From positions 6,818-70,817 of the forward strand of contig ONFJ01000002.1 in the NCBI GenBank assembly GCA_900317085.1: a stretch of 64,000 bases of DNA. Reading direction: 5' to 3'. Position numbers and translations under genes: made by a program. Within the stretch, counting starts at the first letter, position 1, and the number at the start of each line of letters is the position of its first letter. The notes below the pieces were generated by a model. That model was not told the DNA's origin. It ran no database searches and saw only the letters and a list, made by a program, of their open reading frames with translations. This document shows, one piece after another, positions 55,002-64,000 of this stretch. This DNA comes from an uncultured Eubacteriales bacterium. GTDB taxonomy: Bacteria; Bacillota; Clostridia; Oscillospirales; Acutalibacteraceae.

Positions 55002-56351
55002 TTACGCTTCTTCGGTGGTCGTGACCGCCGGCTTCTTTTTGCCCTTCCCGTCGAGCAGGATGGAGACGATGACGGCGATGCCGAGAAGGTAGGGGTAGTA
55101 GAGGTACGGCATCATGGAGACACTGGAGATGCCCGCAAGGCCCGCCGCGACGAGCAGCTGGGCGCCGTAGGGGATGATGCCCTGGAAGACGCAGGAGATG
55201 GTGTCGAGGATGGATGCTGTCTTCTTCGGCTCGATGCCGTACTCCTCGGAGATCTCTTTGGCGATGGGCCCCGCGAGGACGATGGTGACCGTGTTGTTCG
55301 CGGTCGCGATGTCGAGGAGACCGGTAAGTCCGGCGATGCCGAACATGCCGCCCTTCTTGCCCTTCGCGGTCTTGTGGATGAACTTCAGGATGGCTTCGAA
55401 ACCGCCGTTGGCTCTCATGAGAGCGCCGATGGACGCGACGAGCAGCGTGACGATGATGGTCTCGAACATGCCGGAGAGGCCGTCGCCCATGGCGGTGAGC
55501 GCCGTCGTGAAGGTCAGGGACTTCGTAAGAAGGCCGACCGCGAAGAACAGGACCGTGCCGCCGCCCAGAACGAAGAACACGTTGACGCCGCAGAGGGCCG
55601 CGATGAGGACGACGAAGTACGGGATGGCCTGCCAGATGTTGTACTCGAAGTTGCCGAGGTCGGTGGGCCGATTGCCGATCATGTAGATGATGAACAGCGT
55701 GATGAGGGCCGCCGGCAGAGCGATGAGGAAGTTCGTCTTGAACTTGTCTTTCATCTCGACGCCCTGGGTCTTGGTGGCCGCGATGGTCGTGTCGGAAATG
55801 AAGGACAGGTTGTCACCGAACATGGCGCCGCCGAGGACGATGCCCGCACAGTAGGGGACACTGAGTCCGGCGCTCTCCGCGAGGGAGACGGCGACCGGGA
55901 CGAGGACCGTGACCGTGCCGACACTGGTGCCCATGGACATGGAGATGAGGGACGCGATGACGAACATGCCGGGGACCGCCATGCTTCCGGGCAGGAGCTC
56001 GAGCAGGAAGTTCGCGGTGCTGGCCGCGCCGCCGGCTGCCTTCGCGATGCCGCCGAACATGCCGGCGAACAGGAAGATGAAGATCATGATGGTGATGTTG
56101 TCATCGCCGATGCCCTTCGCGCAGAGGTGGATCTTCTCATCGAAGGTTCGTTTCCGGTCCTGTGCCATGGCGGTGATCCACGCGATGGTGAACGCGAGGA
56201 CGACAGACATGATGTAGAAACCCATCTGCCCGTCGATGGGGTGGATGTACTCAAAGAAAATGCCGATACCGAGGTACAGCACGAGGAAGACCAGGATGGG
56301 CAGGAGCGCCTTGCCGTTGGCCTTCGGTTTGTTGGTTGCGTTAGGTTCCAT
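55002..56351 (-). CDS. nhaC: NhaC-family Na+/H+ antiporter
   Basis: 449 aa, polytopic, with family-typical segments (FGDNLSFISDTTI, GIIPYGAQLL). Confidence 0.85.
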   Translation of the reverse strand: MEPNATNKPKANGKALLPILVFLVLYLGIGIFFEYIHPIDGQMGFYIMSVVLAFTIAWITAMAQDRKRTFDEKIHLCAKGIGDDNITIMIFIFLFAGMFGGIAKAAGGAASTANFLLELLPGSMAVPGMFVIASLISMSMGTSVGTVTVLVPVAVSLAESAGLSVPYCAGIVLGGAMFGDNLSFISDTTIAATKTQGVEMKDKFKTNFLIALPAALITLFIIYMIGNRPTDLGNFEYNIWQAIPYFVVLIAALCGVNVFFVLGGGTVLFFAVGLLTKSLTFTTALTAMGDGLSGMFETIIVTLLVASIGALMRANGGFEAILKFIHKTAKGKKGGMFGIAGLTGLLDIATANNTVTIVLAGPIAKEISEEYGIEPKKTASILDTISCVFQGIIPYGAQLLVAAGLAGISSVSMMPYLYYPYLLGIAVIVSILLDGKGKKKPAVTTTEEA

Positions 56352-56532
56352 AAAACTCCTCCGAAACTGTAGATTTCATTCCTATCCACTATAGCACAAA
56401 ACAGTATTTGGAAAAAGATATCTTTACAAAATAAGAAAAATGTTGGATAACAGGCAGCTTCATGCAGCGTGCCCGCATGCTTCCCGACGGCGAAGACAAC
56501 CAGTAAGAAGCAACGTAAGAGAGTCTGTCATT

Positions 56533-56560
56533 TTGGCAGACTCTCTTTCTGTGTTATACT
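56533..56560 (+). promoter_or_regulatory. Candidate promoter for the second trmD
   Basis: TTGGCA(56533-56538), 16 nt, TATACT(56555-56560) with an upstream TG. It overlaps a 10-bp inverted repeat AGAGAGTCTG/CAGACTCTCT. Confidence 0.4.
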
Positions 56561-56585
56561 GGACGGCAGAAAGTGAGGGGAACCC

Positions 56586-57329
56586 ATGAACATCTCTGTG
56601 TTGACTATTTTCCCGGAAAGCTTCGAGAGCTTTCTGAAGACTCCCGTAGTGGCCCGCGCCATCGACAAGGGGATCGTCTCCATCGACATCGTGGATATCA
56701 AGGACTACGCGAAGGGCAGTTTCCGCCACATCGACGACTCTCCCTTCGGCGGGGGAGCGGGCATGGTGATGCGCTGTCAGCCGGTGCTGGACGCGTTGCA
56801 GGCGGTCAGAGACCGGGACCCCTCGGGCGATATACGGTCCGTTGCCATGACCCCGGGGGGGAAGCCGTACGATCAGAAGACCGCGCGGCGCTTCGCGGAG
56901 CTTTCGCACCTCGTGCTGCTCTGCGGCCACTATGAGGGCATGGACGCCCGCATCTTCGGGAGCATCGACGAGGAGGTCTCCATGGGCGACTACATCCTGA
57001 CCGGCGGCGAGCTGCCGGCGATGACGGTCATCGACTCGGTCGTGCGGCTGCTGCCCGGCGCCCTGCGCGGGGCCAGCACCGAAGAAGAATCCTTCGAGGA
57101 CGGGCTCCTCGAATACCCCCAGTACACGCAGCCCCGGGAGTATGACGGGATGTCCGTCCCGGACGTGCTTCTGTCAGGGGACCACGGGCGCATCCGCCGG
57201 TACCGGCGGCGGGAAGCCCTGCGGGTCACGAAGGAGCGGAGGCCGGACCTCCTCGAACGGTACATCGCCGACGGGAAACTGACGGAGGAAGAGGCCGAAC
57301 TTCTGCAGGAACTCGAGGAGGAACGCTGA
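56586..57329 (+). CDS. trmD: tRNA (guanine37-N1)-methyltransferase TrmD, second divergent paralog
   Basis: 247 aa, full length. SPFGGGAGMVM, LCGHYEGMDARI, MGDYILTGGELPA, EYPQYTQP. By eye, roughly half the positions are identical to the copy at 14825. Confidence 0.9.
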   Translation: MNISVLTIFPESFESFLKTPVVARAIDKGIVSIDIVDIKDYAKGSFRHIDDSPFGGGAGMVMRCQPVLDALQAVRDRDPSGDIRSVAMTPGGKPYDQKTARRFAELSHLVLLCGHYEGMDARIFGSIDEEVSMGDYILTGGELPAMTVIDSVVRLLPGALRGASTEEESFEDGLLEYPQYTQPREYDGMSVPDVLLSGDHGRIRRYRRREALRVTKERRPDLLERYIADGKLTEEEAELLQELEEER

Positions 57330-57374
57330 TTTTTCCCTTGAGCGACGGCCCCGGATGTGATACAATACACGGCG

Positions 57375-57434
57375 AAGAGCAAAGGTGTTCTTTTTCCCGG
57401 AAACGGGGAGAAGTCGTCTTTGCTCTTTTTCTCT
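57375..57434 (+). terminator. Probable intrinsic terminator after trmD paralog
   Basis: Outer stem AAGAGCAAAG / CTTTGCTCTT encloses a short inner hairpin and is followed by TTTCTCT. Confidence 0.5.
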
Positions 57435-57462
57435 GCACGGAGGGTCTCCGCTATTGACTTTC

Positions 57463-57570
57463 TATGCATAAATCATTATTATTTATGCATACATTTTAAA
57501 GAACACGCCTGTTTTCGTGAATAATATTCATTTTTGAGTGAATATTATGCGAAAATATGCATAAAATGAT
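57463..57570. promoter_or_regulatory. Cluster of ARG-box-like operators (ArgR/AhrC) upstream of argF-carAB
   Basis: TGAATAATATTCA (57518-57530) is a perfect ARG-box core. The inverted repeat TATGCATAAAT-N7-ATTTATGCATA (57463-57491) and further TGAATATTATGCG / ATATGCATAAAAT half-sites are also present. Confidence 0.65.
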
Positions 57571-57597
57571 GGAAACGTCAACAGAGGAGAAATACAC

Positions 57598-58596
57598 ATG
57601 GACTTAAAGGGTAGAGACTTTCTGAAACTGCTGGACTTCACACCGGAAGAGATCGGCTATCTCATCGACCTCGCCGCGGACCTGAAGGCCAAGAAAAAGG
57701 CCGGCATCCCGCACCGGTACTGCGAGGGCAAGAACATCGCCCTCATCTTCGAAAAGACCAGCACCCGGACCCGCTGCAGCTTTGAAGTGGCTGCCCACGA
57801 CCTCGGCATGGGGTGCACGTACCTGAACCCGACCGACTCTCAGATCGGGAAGAAGGAGAGCATCGCCGACACGGCCCGCGTGCTGTCCGGCATGTTCGAG
57901 GGCATCGAGTACCGCGGCTACGGCCAGGAGATCGTCGAAGAACTCGCGAAGTATTCGAGCGTCCCGGTCTGGAACGGTCTCACCAACGAGTACCACCCGA
58001 CCCAGATCCTCGCGGACTTCCTGACCATCAAGGAACACTTCGGCCACCTCGAAGGCATCAACTTCGTCTACATGGGCGATGCGCGCTACAACATGGGCAA
58101 CTCCCTCATGGTCGGTTGCGCCAAGATGGGCCTCAACTTCGTGGCCTGCGCTCCGGCGAAGCGGTACTTCCCGGCGGATGAGCTCGTGAAGACCTGTGAG
58201 GAGATCTGCAGGGAGACCGGCGGTTCCGTGAAGTTCATCACCGACCCCATGGAAGCGACGAAGAACGTGGACGTCATCTACACCGACGTCTGGGTCTCCA
58301 TGGGCGAGCCCATCGAAGTCTGGGCAGAACGCATCCACGACCTGCAGGATTACGCGGTCACGAAGAAGATCATGGACAATGCGGCAGAAGGCGCGGTCTT
58401 CATGCACTGCCTGCCCGCGTTCCACGACTGGAAGACCACGATCGGCCGGGAAATGGGCGAGCGCTTCTCCCGTGACAGCATGGAAGTGACGAACGAAGTC
58501 TTCGAGTCCGAAGCCTCCATCGTCTTCCAGGAAGCAGAGAACCGTATGCACACCATCAAGGCGGTCATGGCCGCCACCATCGGGGAGATCGACTGA
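57598..58596 (+). CDS. argF: Ornithine carbamoyltransferase
   Basis: [22 protein letters not shown]. Confidence 0.95.
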   Translation: MDLKGRDFLKLLDFTPEEIGYLIDLAADLKAKKKAGIPHRYCEGKNIALIFEKTSTRTRCSFEVAAHDLGMGCTYLNPTDSQIGKKESIADTARVLSGMFEGIEYRGYGQEIVEELAKYSSVPVWNGLTNEYHPTQILADFLTIKEHFGHLEGINFVYMGDARYNMGNSLMVGCAKMGLNFVACAPAKRYFPADELVKTCEEICRETGGSVKFITDPMEATKNVDVIYTDVWVSMGEPIEVWAERIHDLQDYAVTKKIMDNAAEGAVFMHCLPAFHDWKTTIGREMGERFSRDSMEVTNEVFESEASIVFQEAENRMHTIKAVMAATIGEID

Positions 58597-58652
58597 CTAT
58601 GTCTCAATTCCTTAACAGGACCAACACCTCTGCCGGAGGGCAGGGGACCAAC

Positions 58653-59765
58653 ATGAAGAAAAAGCGGTACCTCGTCCTCTCGGACGGTACCGTTTATGAG
58701 GGCTTTGCGTTCGGGGCCGATGTGTCCGCCATCGGGGAGCTGGTCTTCACGACCGGCATGTGCGGTTACATCGAGACCCTGACCGACCCCAGTTACTATG
58801 GACAGATCGTGCTGCAGACCTACCCGCTCATCGGGAACTACGGCATCATCGAGGACGACTTCGAAGGCGACTGTTTCGTCAAGGGGTATGTCGTCCGCGA
58901 ATGGTGCGAGCAGCCTTCCAATTTCCGTTGCCAGTACACCCTGGATACTTTCCTCAAGGACCGGGGCGTTCCCGGCATTTACGGAGTCGATACACGTGAG
59001 ATCACGAAGACCATCCGGGAACACGGGGTCATGAACGCCATTCTGTGCGATTCCATCCCCCGCGATCTTTCGGAGGTCTCTTCTTATGTCATCACAGACG
59101 CGGTGCCTTCCGTGACCACGAAGGAGAAGAAACTCTATGAAGCGGTCGAAGGCAGTGCCGGGGAAGAGGGCCCCCTCAAGGTGGCGCTCCTCGACTACGG
59201 TGCCAAGCGGAACATCATCCGGGAACTCCAGAAGCGGGGTTGCGATGTGGTCGTCCTGCCCGGTACGTCCTCTGCCGATGACGTCCTCGACGAGAACCCC
59301 GACGGCATCATGCTGTCGAACGGTCCCGGGGACCCGGCGGACGCCCAGGACCAGATCATGCAGATCGCCAAGCTCCTCGGCATGAAGCCGATCTTTGGCA
59401 TCTGTCTCGGACACCAGCTGACGGCCATCGCCGCCGGCGCGAAGACCACGAAGCTCAAGTACGGCCACCGGGGCGTCAACCAGCCCTGCCGGGACGTCAA
59501 GGGCACCCGGACCTTCATCACGAGCCAGAACCACGGTTACGCCGTCGTCTCCGAGTCCGTGAAGCGGGGCGAAGAGCGTTACATCAACGCGAACGACAAG
59601 ACCTGCGAAGGCATCGACTACCCGGACTGGAACGCCTTTACGGTCCAGTTCCATCCGGAGGCGAGTTCCGGTCCCCACGATACATCGTTCCTGTTCGACC
59701 GGTTCATCGACAACATGAAAGCGGAGAAGAACAGAAGGGGAGGTGAGCCGTATGCCGCTGAATAA
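58653..59765 (+). CDS. carA: Carbamoyl-phosphate synthase small (glutaminase) subunit
   Basis: MKKKRYLVLSDGTVYEGFAFGA is a typical N-terminus. GICLGHQL (catalytic Cys), HGYAV. An alternative upstream ATG lies at 58599. Confidence 0.93.
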   Translation: MKKKRYLVLSDGTVYEGFAFGADVSAIGELVFTTGMCGYIETLTDPSYYGQIVLQTYPLIGNYGIIEDDFEGDCFVKGYVVREWCEQPSNFRCQYTLDTFLKDRGVPGIYGVDTREITKTIREHGVMNAILCDSIPRDLSEVSSYVITDAVPSVTTKEKKLYEAVEGSAGEEGPLKVALLDYGAKRNIIRELQKRGCDVVVLPGTSSADDVLDENPDGIMLSNGPGDPADAQDQIMQIAKLLGMKPIFGICLGHQLTAIAAGAKTTKLKYGHRGVNQPCRDVKGTRTFITSQNHGYAVVSESVKRGEERYINANDKTCEGIDYPDWNAFTVQFHPEASSGPHDTSFLFDRFIDNMKAEKNRRGGEPYAAE

Positions 59766-62700
59766 AGACATCAAAAAAGTTCTCGTCATCGGCTCCGGCC
59801 CCATCGTCATCGGTCAGGCGGCGGAGTTCGACTACGCCGGTGCCCAGGCCTGCCGCGTCCTGAAGGAAGCGGGCGTCAACGTTGTCCTCGTCAACTCGAA
59901 CCCGGCGACAATCATGACGGACCAGGCCCTCGCCGATGAGATCTACCTCGAACCCCTGACGGCCGAGACCGTCAAGCGGATCATCGAAAAAGAAAAACCG
60001 GACAGTCTGCTCGCCGGCCTCGGCGGCCAGACCGGTCTCACCATTTCCATGCAGCTCGAGAAGGAGAATTTCCTGACCGAGCACGGCGTCCGGCTCATCG
60101 GCACGAACGTCGAAGCCATCGACAAGGCGGAAGACCGCGAGCTCTTCAAGGAGACCCTCGAAGAGATCGGCGAACCGGTCATCCCGTCGGACATTGCGGA
60201 AGATATCACCACCGCGCTGTACATCGCCCATGACATCGGGTACCCCGTCATCGTGCGTCCGGCCTTCACCCTCGGCGGCGCCGGCGGCGGTATCGCGAAC
60301 AATGCGGACGAACTGAAGCTCATCGCCTACACGGGCCTGGAGGCGTCTCCCATCCACCAGATCCTCGTCGAAAAGTGCGTCTCCGGCTGGAAGGAGATCG
60401 AGTTCGAGACGATGCGCGATTATGCCGGCAACGTCATCGCGGTCTGCTCCATGGAGAACTTCGACCCGGTCGGCGTCCACACCGGCGACTCCATCGTCGT
60501 GGCACCCGCCCAGACCCTGTCGGACAAAGAGTACCAGATGCTCCGGTCCGCGTCCCTGAACATCATCACCGCCCTCGACATCGTCGGCGGCTGCAACTGT
60601 CAGTTCGCGCTGAACCCGGACACCTTTGAATATGCCGTCATCGAAGTGAACCCCCGCGTCTCCCGGTCCTCCGCGCTGGCCTCCAAGGCCACCGGTTACC
60701 CCATCGCGAAGATCACGACCAAGATCGCCCTCGGGTACAACCTCGATGAGATCGAAAACGACATCACGGGCGAGACCTGTGCCTGCTTCGAGCCGGCCCT
60801 CGACTACATCGTCGTCAAGTTCCCGAAGTGGCCCTTCGACAAGTTCCCGAACGCAGAGCGCAAACTGGGCACCCAGATGAAGGCCACCGGTGAAGTCATG
60901 TCCATCGGCACGAGCTTCGAGATGGCGGTGCTGAAGGCGGTCCGCGGCGCGGAGATCCACATGAACACCCTGAACCGCAACGCGATGGACGGGGCTCCCA
61001 TCCAGGAACGCCTCGCCAGAGTCGACGACTTCCGGATGTTCACGGTCTTCGAGGCCCTGAAGTCCGGCGTCTCGGTCGACGAGATCTTCGAGATCACGAA
61101 GATCGACCGCTGGTTCCTCTACAAACTCCTGAACCTCGTGGAGTTCGAAGACCGTCTCCAGGACGGCCTCACCCAGGAACTCTACGAAGAAGGCAAGAAA
61201 CTCGGTTACCCGGACGATGCCCTGTGCAGCCTGTCCGGTGCCCCGAGCCTCCGCGTGGCCGGCATCTTCCACCGGGACGCGGTCTATAAAATGGTCGACA
61301 CCTGCGCCGCGGAATTCGCGGCCACCACACCGTACTTCTATTCGACCTACGACAAACATTGCGAGTCCCGCACCTTTAAGCGTTCCGGCAAGCCGACCGT
61401 CATGGTCCTCGGCTCGGGCCCCATCCGCATCGGACAGGGCATCGAGTTCGACTACTCCTCGGTCCACTGCGTCTGGACGCTCAAAGAGCTGGGCTACGAC
61501 GTCGTCATCGTCAACAACAACCCGGAGACGGTCTCCACGGACTACGACACCGCGGACCGCCTGTACTTCGAGCCCCTGACGCCGGAAGACGTCATGAACA
61601 TCATCAAGGTCGAGAAGCCGGTCGGTGTCGTCGTGGCCTTCGGCGGCCAGACCGCCATCGCGCTCACGAAGTTCCTTGATGACAACGGCATCAAGATCCT
61701 TGGCACGTCCGCCAGGAGCATCGACACGGCGGAGGACCGCGAACGGTTCGACGCCCTCCTCGAAAAATTCAACATCAAACGGCCGAAGGGCACCGGCGTC
61801 GAAACGCTGGACGGCGCCCTCCGCACCGCCCGCAAACTGGGTTACCCGGTCCTCCTGCGCCCGTCGTATGTCATCGGCGGCCAGAACATGAAGATCGTCC
61901 ACGACGACAACGAAGTGGAGATCTACATGAACAAGATCCTCGACCAGGGCATCGACAACCCGGTCCTCGTGGACAAATACATGCAGGGCACCGAACTGGA
62001 AGTCGACGTCATCTCCGACGGCAAGGACATCCTCATCCCGGGCGTCATGCAGCACGTCGAGCGGGCCGGCGTCCACAGCGGCGACTCCATCGCGGTCTAC
62101 CCGCCCTACAACCTCAACGACAAGATGATGGACATCATCGTCGATACCTCCGCCAAACTGGCGCTGGACCTCGGCACGCAGGGCCTCGTCAACATCCAGT
62201 ACCTCATCTACAAGAACGAGCTCTACGTCATCGAGGTCAACCCGAGAGCCTCCCGTACGGTCCCGTACATCTCCAAGGTGACGGGCGTCCCGATGGTCGA
62301 ACTGGCGAGCCGCGTTATGCTGGGCGAGCCCCTCAAAACGATGGGTTACGGCACCGGTCTCTACCGGACGCCGCCCTATGTAGCGGTCAAGGTCCCGGTC
62401 TTCTCCTTCGAGAAGCTCATGGACGCCAACTCCTACCTCGGCCCCGAGATGAAGTCCACCGGCGAAGTCCTCGGCGTCGGCAAGAACCTGAACGAAGCTC
62501 TCTTCAAGGGCCTGACGGCAGCCGGTCGGAAACTGACCGCGCCGGACGCGTTCCACGACGTCGGCGTCTTCCTGTCCGTTGACAAATACGACAACCTCGA
62601 ATCCGTTTCCCTCGCGAAGAAGCTCGACGACCTCGGCTTCAAACTCTACGCGACTACCGAGACGGCGGAACACATCGCCCACCTCGGGACCGATGTCGAA

Positions 62701-63807
62701 GACCTCGGCGCGGACATCAGCGAGAAGAATCGGGATAAGATCTTCAAGCTCATGGAGGACGGGAAGATCAGCTTCCTCGTTTACACGGGTGCGTTGATGG
62801 ATGACACGGTGGATGACTACATCGCCCTCAGCCGCAAGGCCCTGCTCCAGAACATCCCGTGCTTCACGTCCCTCGACACGGCCATGGCGACCGCGGACAT
62901 CATCGCGTCCCGCTTCAGCCAGCAGAACACGGAACTCGTCGACATCAACCACATGCGCCGGACGAAGCAGGTCCTGGAGTTCTCCAAGATGCAGGCCACC
63001 GGCGACGACTACATCTTCATCGAAAACTTTGGCGGGGAGATCGAGTGCCCCGAGTCCCTTGCCCTTCAGATGTGTGACCGCCACTACGGCATCGGCGCCG
63101 ACGGCATGGTCCTCATCGAGAAGTCCGAGGTGGCCGACGCGAAGATGCGCATCTTCAACCGGGACGGCAGTGAAGGGAAGATGGCCGGCAACAGCATCCG
63201 GTCCGTCGCGAAGTACCTCTACGACAACGGCTACGCCTTCACGGAAGACATGACGGTCGAGACGGCCGCGGGCATCAAGGCGATGCACCTCTTCACCCGG
63301 GACGGGCGTGTCAACTACGTCGAAGTCGACATGGGCCAGGCGGACCTCAAAGCCGCTTCGCTCCCGACGACCTTTGAGGATGACATCATCCTGAACAAAG
63401 CCGTCATGATCGGGGGACAGGAGTACAACATCACCTGCTGCTCCATCGGCAACCCCCACTGTGTCGTCTTCTGCGACCGGGTCGACCCCATCGACCTGTC
63501 TGTCGTGGGCCCGCAGTTCGAGTATGCCGAGTTCTTCCCGGACCGCATCAACACGGAATTCGTCCGCGTGGTCAATGACACGACCCTCAAAGTCCGCGTC
63601 TACGAGCGGGGCAACGGGGAGACCATGGCCTGCGGAACGGGCGCCTGCGCAGCGGTCATTGCGGCCTGTGAAAACGGGTACTGCAGACGGGGCGAGGACA
63701 TCACGGTCAAACTGCCCGGTGGAGACCTCATCGTCAATTACACCGAGGAGCGGGTCACCCTCTCCGGCAACACGGCGCTGGTCTTCAAAGGCATGTATCA
63801 GTATTAA
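59752..63807 (+). CDS. carB: Carbamoyl-phosphate synthase large subunit fused in frame to diaminopimelate epimerase (CarB-DapF)
   Basis: ATG at 59752 after GGGGAGGTGA. Two ATP-grasp halves and an MGS-like domain run to about codon 1067. Then, with no stop, comes a complete DapF (FSKMQATGDDYIFIE, SIGNPHCVVF, ACGTGACAA). Confidence 0.85.
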   Translation: MPLNKDIKKVLVIGSGPIVIGQAAEFDYAGAQACRVLKEAGVNVVLVNSNPATIMTDQALADEIYLEPLTAETVKRIIEKEKPDSLLAGLGGQTGLTISMQLEKENFLTEHGVRLIGTNVEAIDKAEDRELFKETLEEIGEPVIPSDIAEDITTALYIAHDIGYPVIVRPAFTLGGAGGGIANNADELKLIAYTGLEASPIHQILVEKCVSGWKEIEFETMRDYAGNVIAVCSMENFDPVGVHTGDSIVVAPAQTLSDKEYQMLRSASLNIITALDIVGGCNCQFALNPDTFEYAVIEVNPRVSRSSALASKATGYPIAKITTKIALGYNLDEIENDITGETCACFEPALDYIVVKFPKWPFDKFPNAERKLGTQMKATGEVMSIGTSFEMAVLKAVRGAEIHMNTLNRNAMDGAPIQERLARVDDFRMFTVFEALKSGVSVDEIFEITKIDRWFLYKLLNLVEFEDRLQDGLTQELYEEGKKLGYPDDALCSLSGAPSLRVAGIFHRDAVYKMVDTCAAEFAATTPYFYSTYDKHCESRTFKRSGKPTVMVLGSGPIRIGQGIEFDYSSVHCVWTLKELGYDVVIVNNNPETVSTDYDTADRLYFEPLTPEDVMNIIKVEKPVGVVVAFGGQTAIALTKFLDDNGIKILGTSARSIDTAEDRERFDALLEKFNIKRPKGTGVETLDGALRTARKLGYPVLLRPSYVIGGQNMKIVHDDNEVEIYMNKILDQGIDNPVLVDKYMQGTELEVDVISDGKDILIPGVMQHVERAGVHSGDSIAVYPPYNLNDKMMDIIVDTSAKLALDLGTQGLVNIQYLIYKNELYVIEVNPRASRTVPYISKVTGVPMVELASRVMLGEPLKTMGYGTGLYRTPPYVAVKVPVFSFEKLMDANSYLGPEMKSTGEVLGVGKNLNEALFKGLTAAGRKLTAPDAFHDVGVFLSVDKYDNLESVSLAKKLDDLGFKLYATTETAEHIAHLGTDVEDLGADISEKNRDKIFKLMEDGKISFLVYTGALMDDTVDDYIALSRKALLQNIPCFTSLDTAMATADIIASRFSQQNTELVDINHMRRTKQVLEFSKMQATGDDYIFIENFGGEIECPESLALQMCDRHYGIGADGMVLIEKSEVADAKMRIFNRDGSEGKMAGNSIRSVAKYLYDNGYAFTEDMTVETAAGIKAMHLFTRDGRVNYVEVDMGQADLKAASLPTTFEDDIILNKAVMIGGQEYNITCCSIGNPHCVVFCDRVDPIDLSVVGPQFEYAEFFPDRINTEFVRVVNDTTLKVRVYERGNGETMACGTGACAAVIAACENGYCRRGEDITVKLPGGDLIVNYTEERVTLSGNTALVFKGMYQY

Positions 63808-63822
63808 AGCGAATCCCGTTTC

Positions 63823-63855
63823 AAGGCAGTGCAGAGATGCGCTGCCTTTTTTTGC
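63823..63855 (+). terminator. Intrinsic terminator after carB-dapF
   Basis: Stem AAGGCAGTGC / GCGCTGCCTT (one G-U pair) followed by TTTTTTG. Confidence 0.8.
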
Positions 63856-64000
63856 AGGTTTCACAGGAGTTGGACAGGTGTGGAACCTCTTTTGTATGAG
63901 AATTAGTTATGGATTTTTTGTGAATAATAGGGTATAGTATTCTGGTAAAATATGTAATTCAAACACCAAATGTGAAATCATTCGAGAAAGGGGAAGCTTT

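Noticed and set aside
59704-63864. 1386-aa ORF on the minus strand, the longest ORF in the track.
   Set aside because: It is exactly antisense to carB-dapF, which has unmistakable family motifs. Its composition is low-complexity (D/V/G/R/A-rich), typical of shadow frames in high-GC genes, and I recognised no motif.

Overview
High-GC Firmicutes-type chromosomal segment; the class (Clostridia, possibly Oscillospiraceae/Ruminococcaceae-like) is inferred from gene order only. Most of it is densely packed housekeeping DNA. It contains a DNA-repair-rich start (mutS2 3' end, nfo, a hypoxanthine/uracil-DNA-glycosylase-family gene, an AlkD-like gene) and a GH2 beta-galactosidase. It also holds the ylxM-ffh-rpsP-khpA-rimM-trmD operon, ptsH, uvrC, rsmD-coaD, and ftsE-ftsX with an M23 peptidase. 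Further on are alaS, comEC-holA, cca-miaA, the ylmE(yggS)-sepF-divIVA-lspA-rluD division cluster, a split transketolase, a pair of 2-hydroxyacyl-CoA-dehydratase-family genes and argF-carA-carB. Many long ORFs in the six-frame track are antisense shadow ORFs caused by the high GC content and are not called. Seven observations seem worth a second look. (1) A 73-bp tandem array of six hairpin-bearing units (10998-11400), followed by about 450 bp of GC-rich non-coding DNA, sits between a MerR-type promoter and ylxM-ffh. (2) A decayed tRNA-Pro-associated islet (49.7-53.35 kb) is bracketed by three direct copies of the tRNA 3' end. It has lower GC, carries an MmeI-like single-chain Type IIL restriction-modification gene, and has no integrase. 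(3) Next to the islet is a gene-decay zone: a flavoprotein gene and an rlmA-like gene both look truncated at a shared junction, and there is a lipase stub. (4) A second, divergent full-length trmD paralog is present. (5) carB runs in frame, with no stop, into a complete dapF, giving a 1351-codon CarB-DapF fusion ORF. (6) A TipAS-type MerR regulator carries a 15-bp tandem repeat encoding (SSP[E/K]A)n. (7) ComEC has a degenerate metallo-beta-lactamase motif. No CRISPR array, rRNA, transposase or prophage was seen. All family assignments come from motif recognition by eye. No database search was run.
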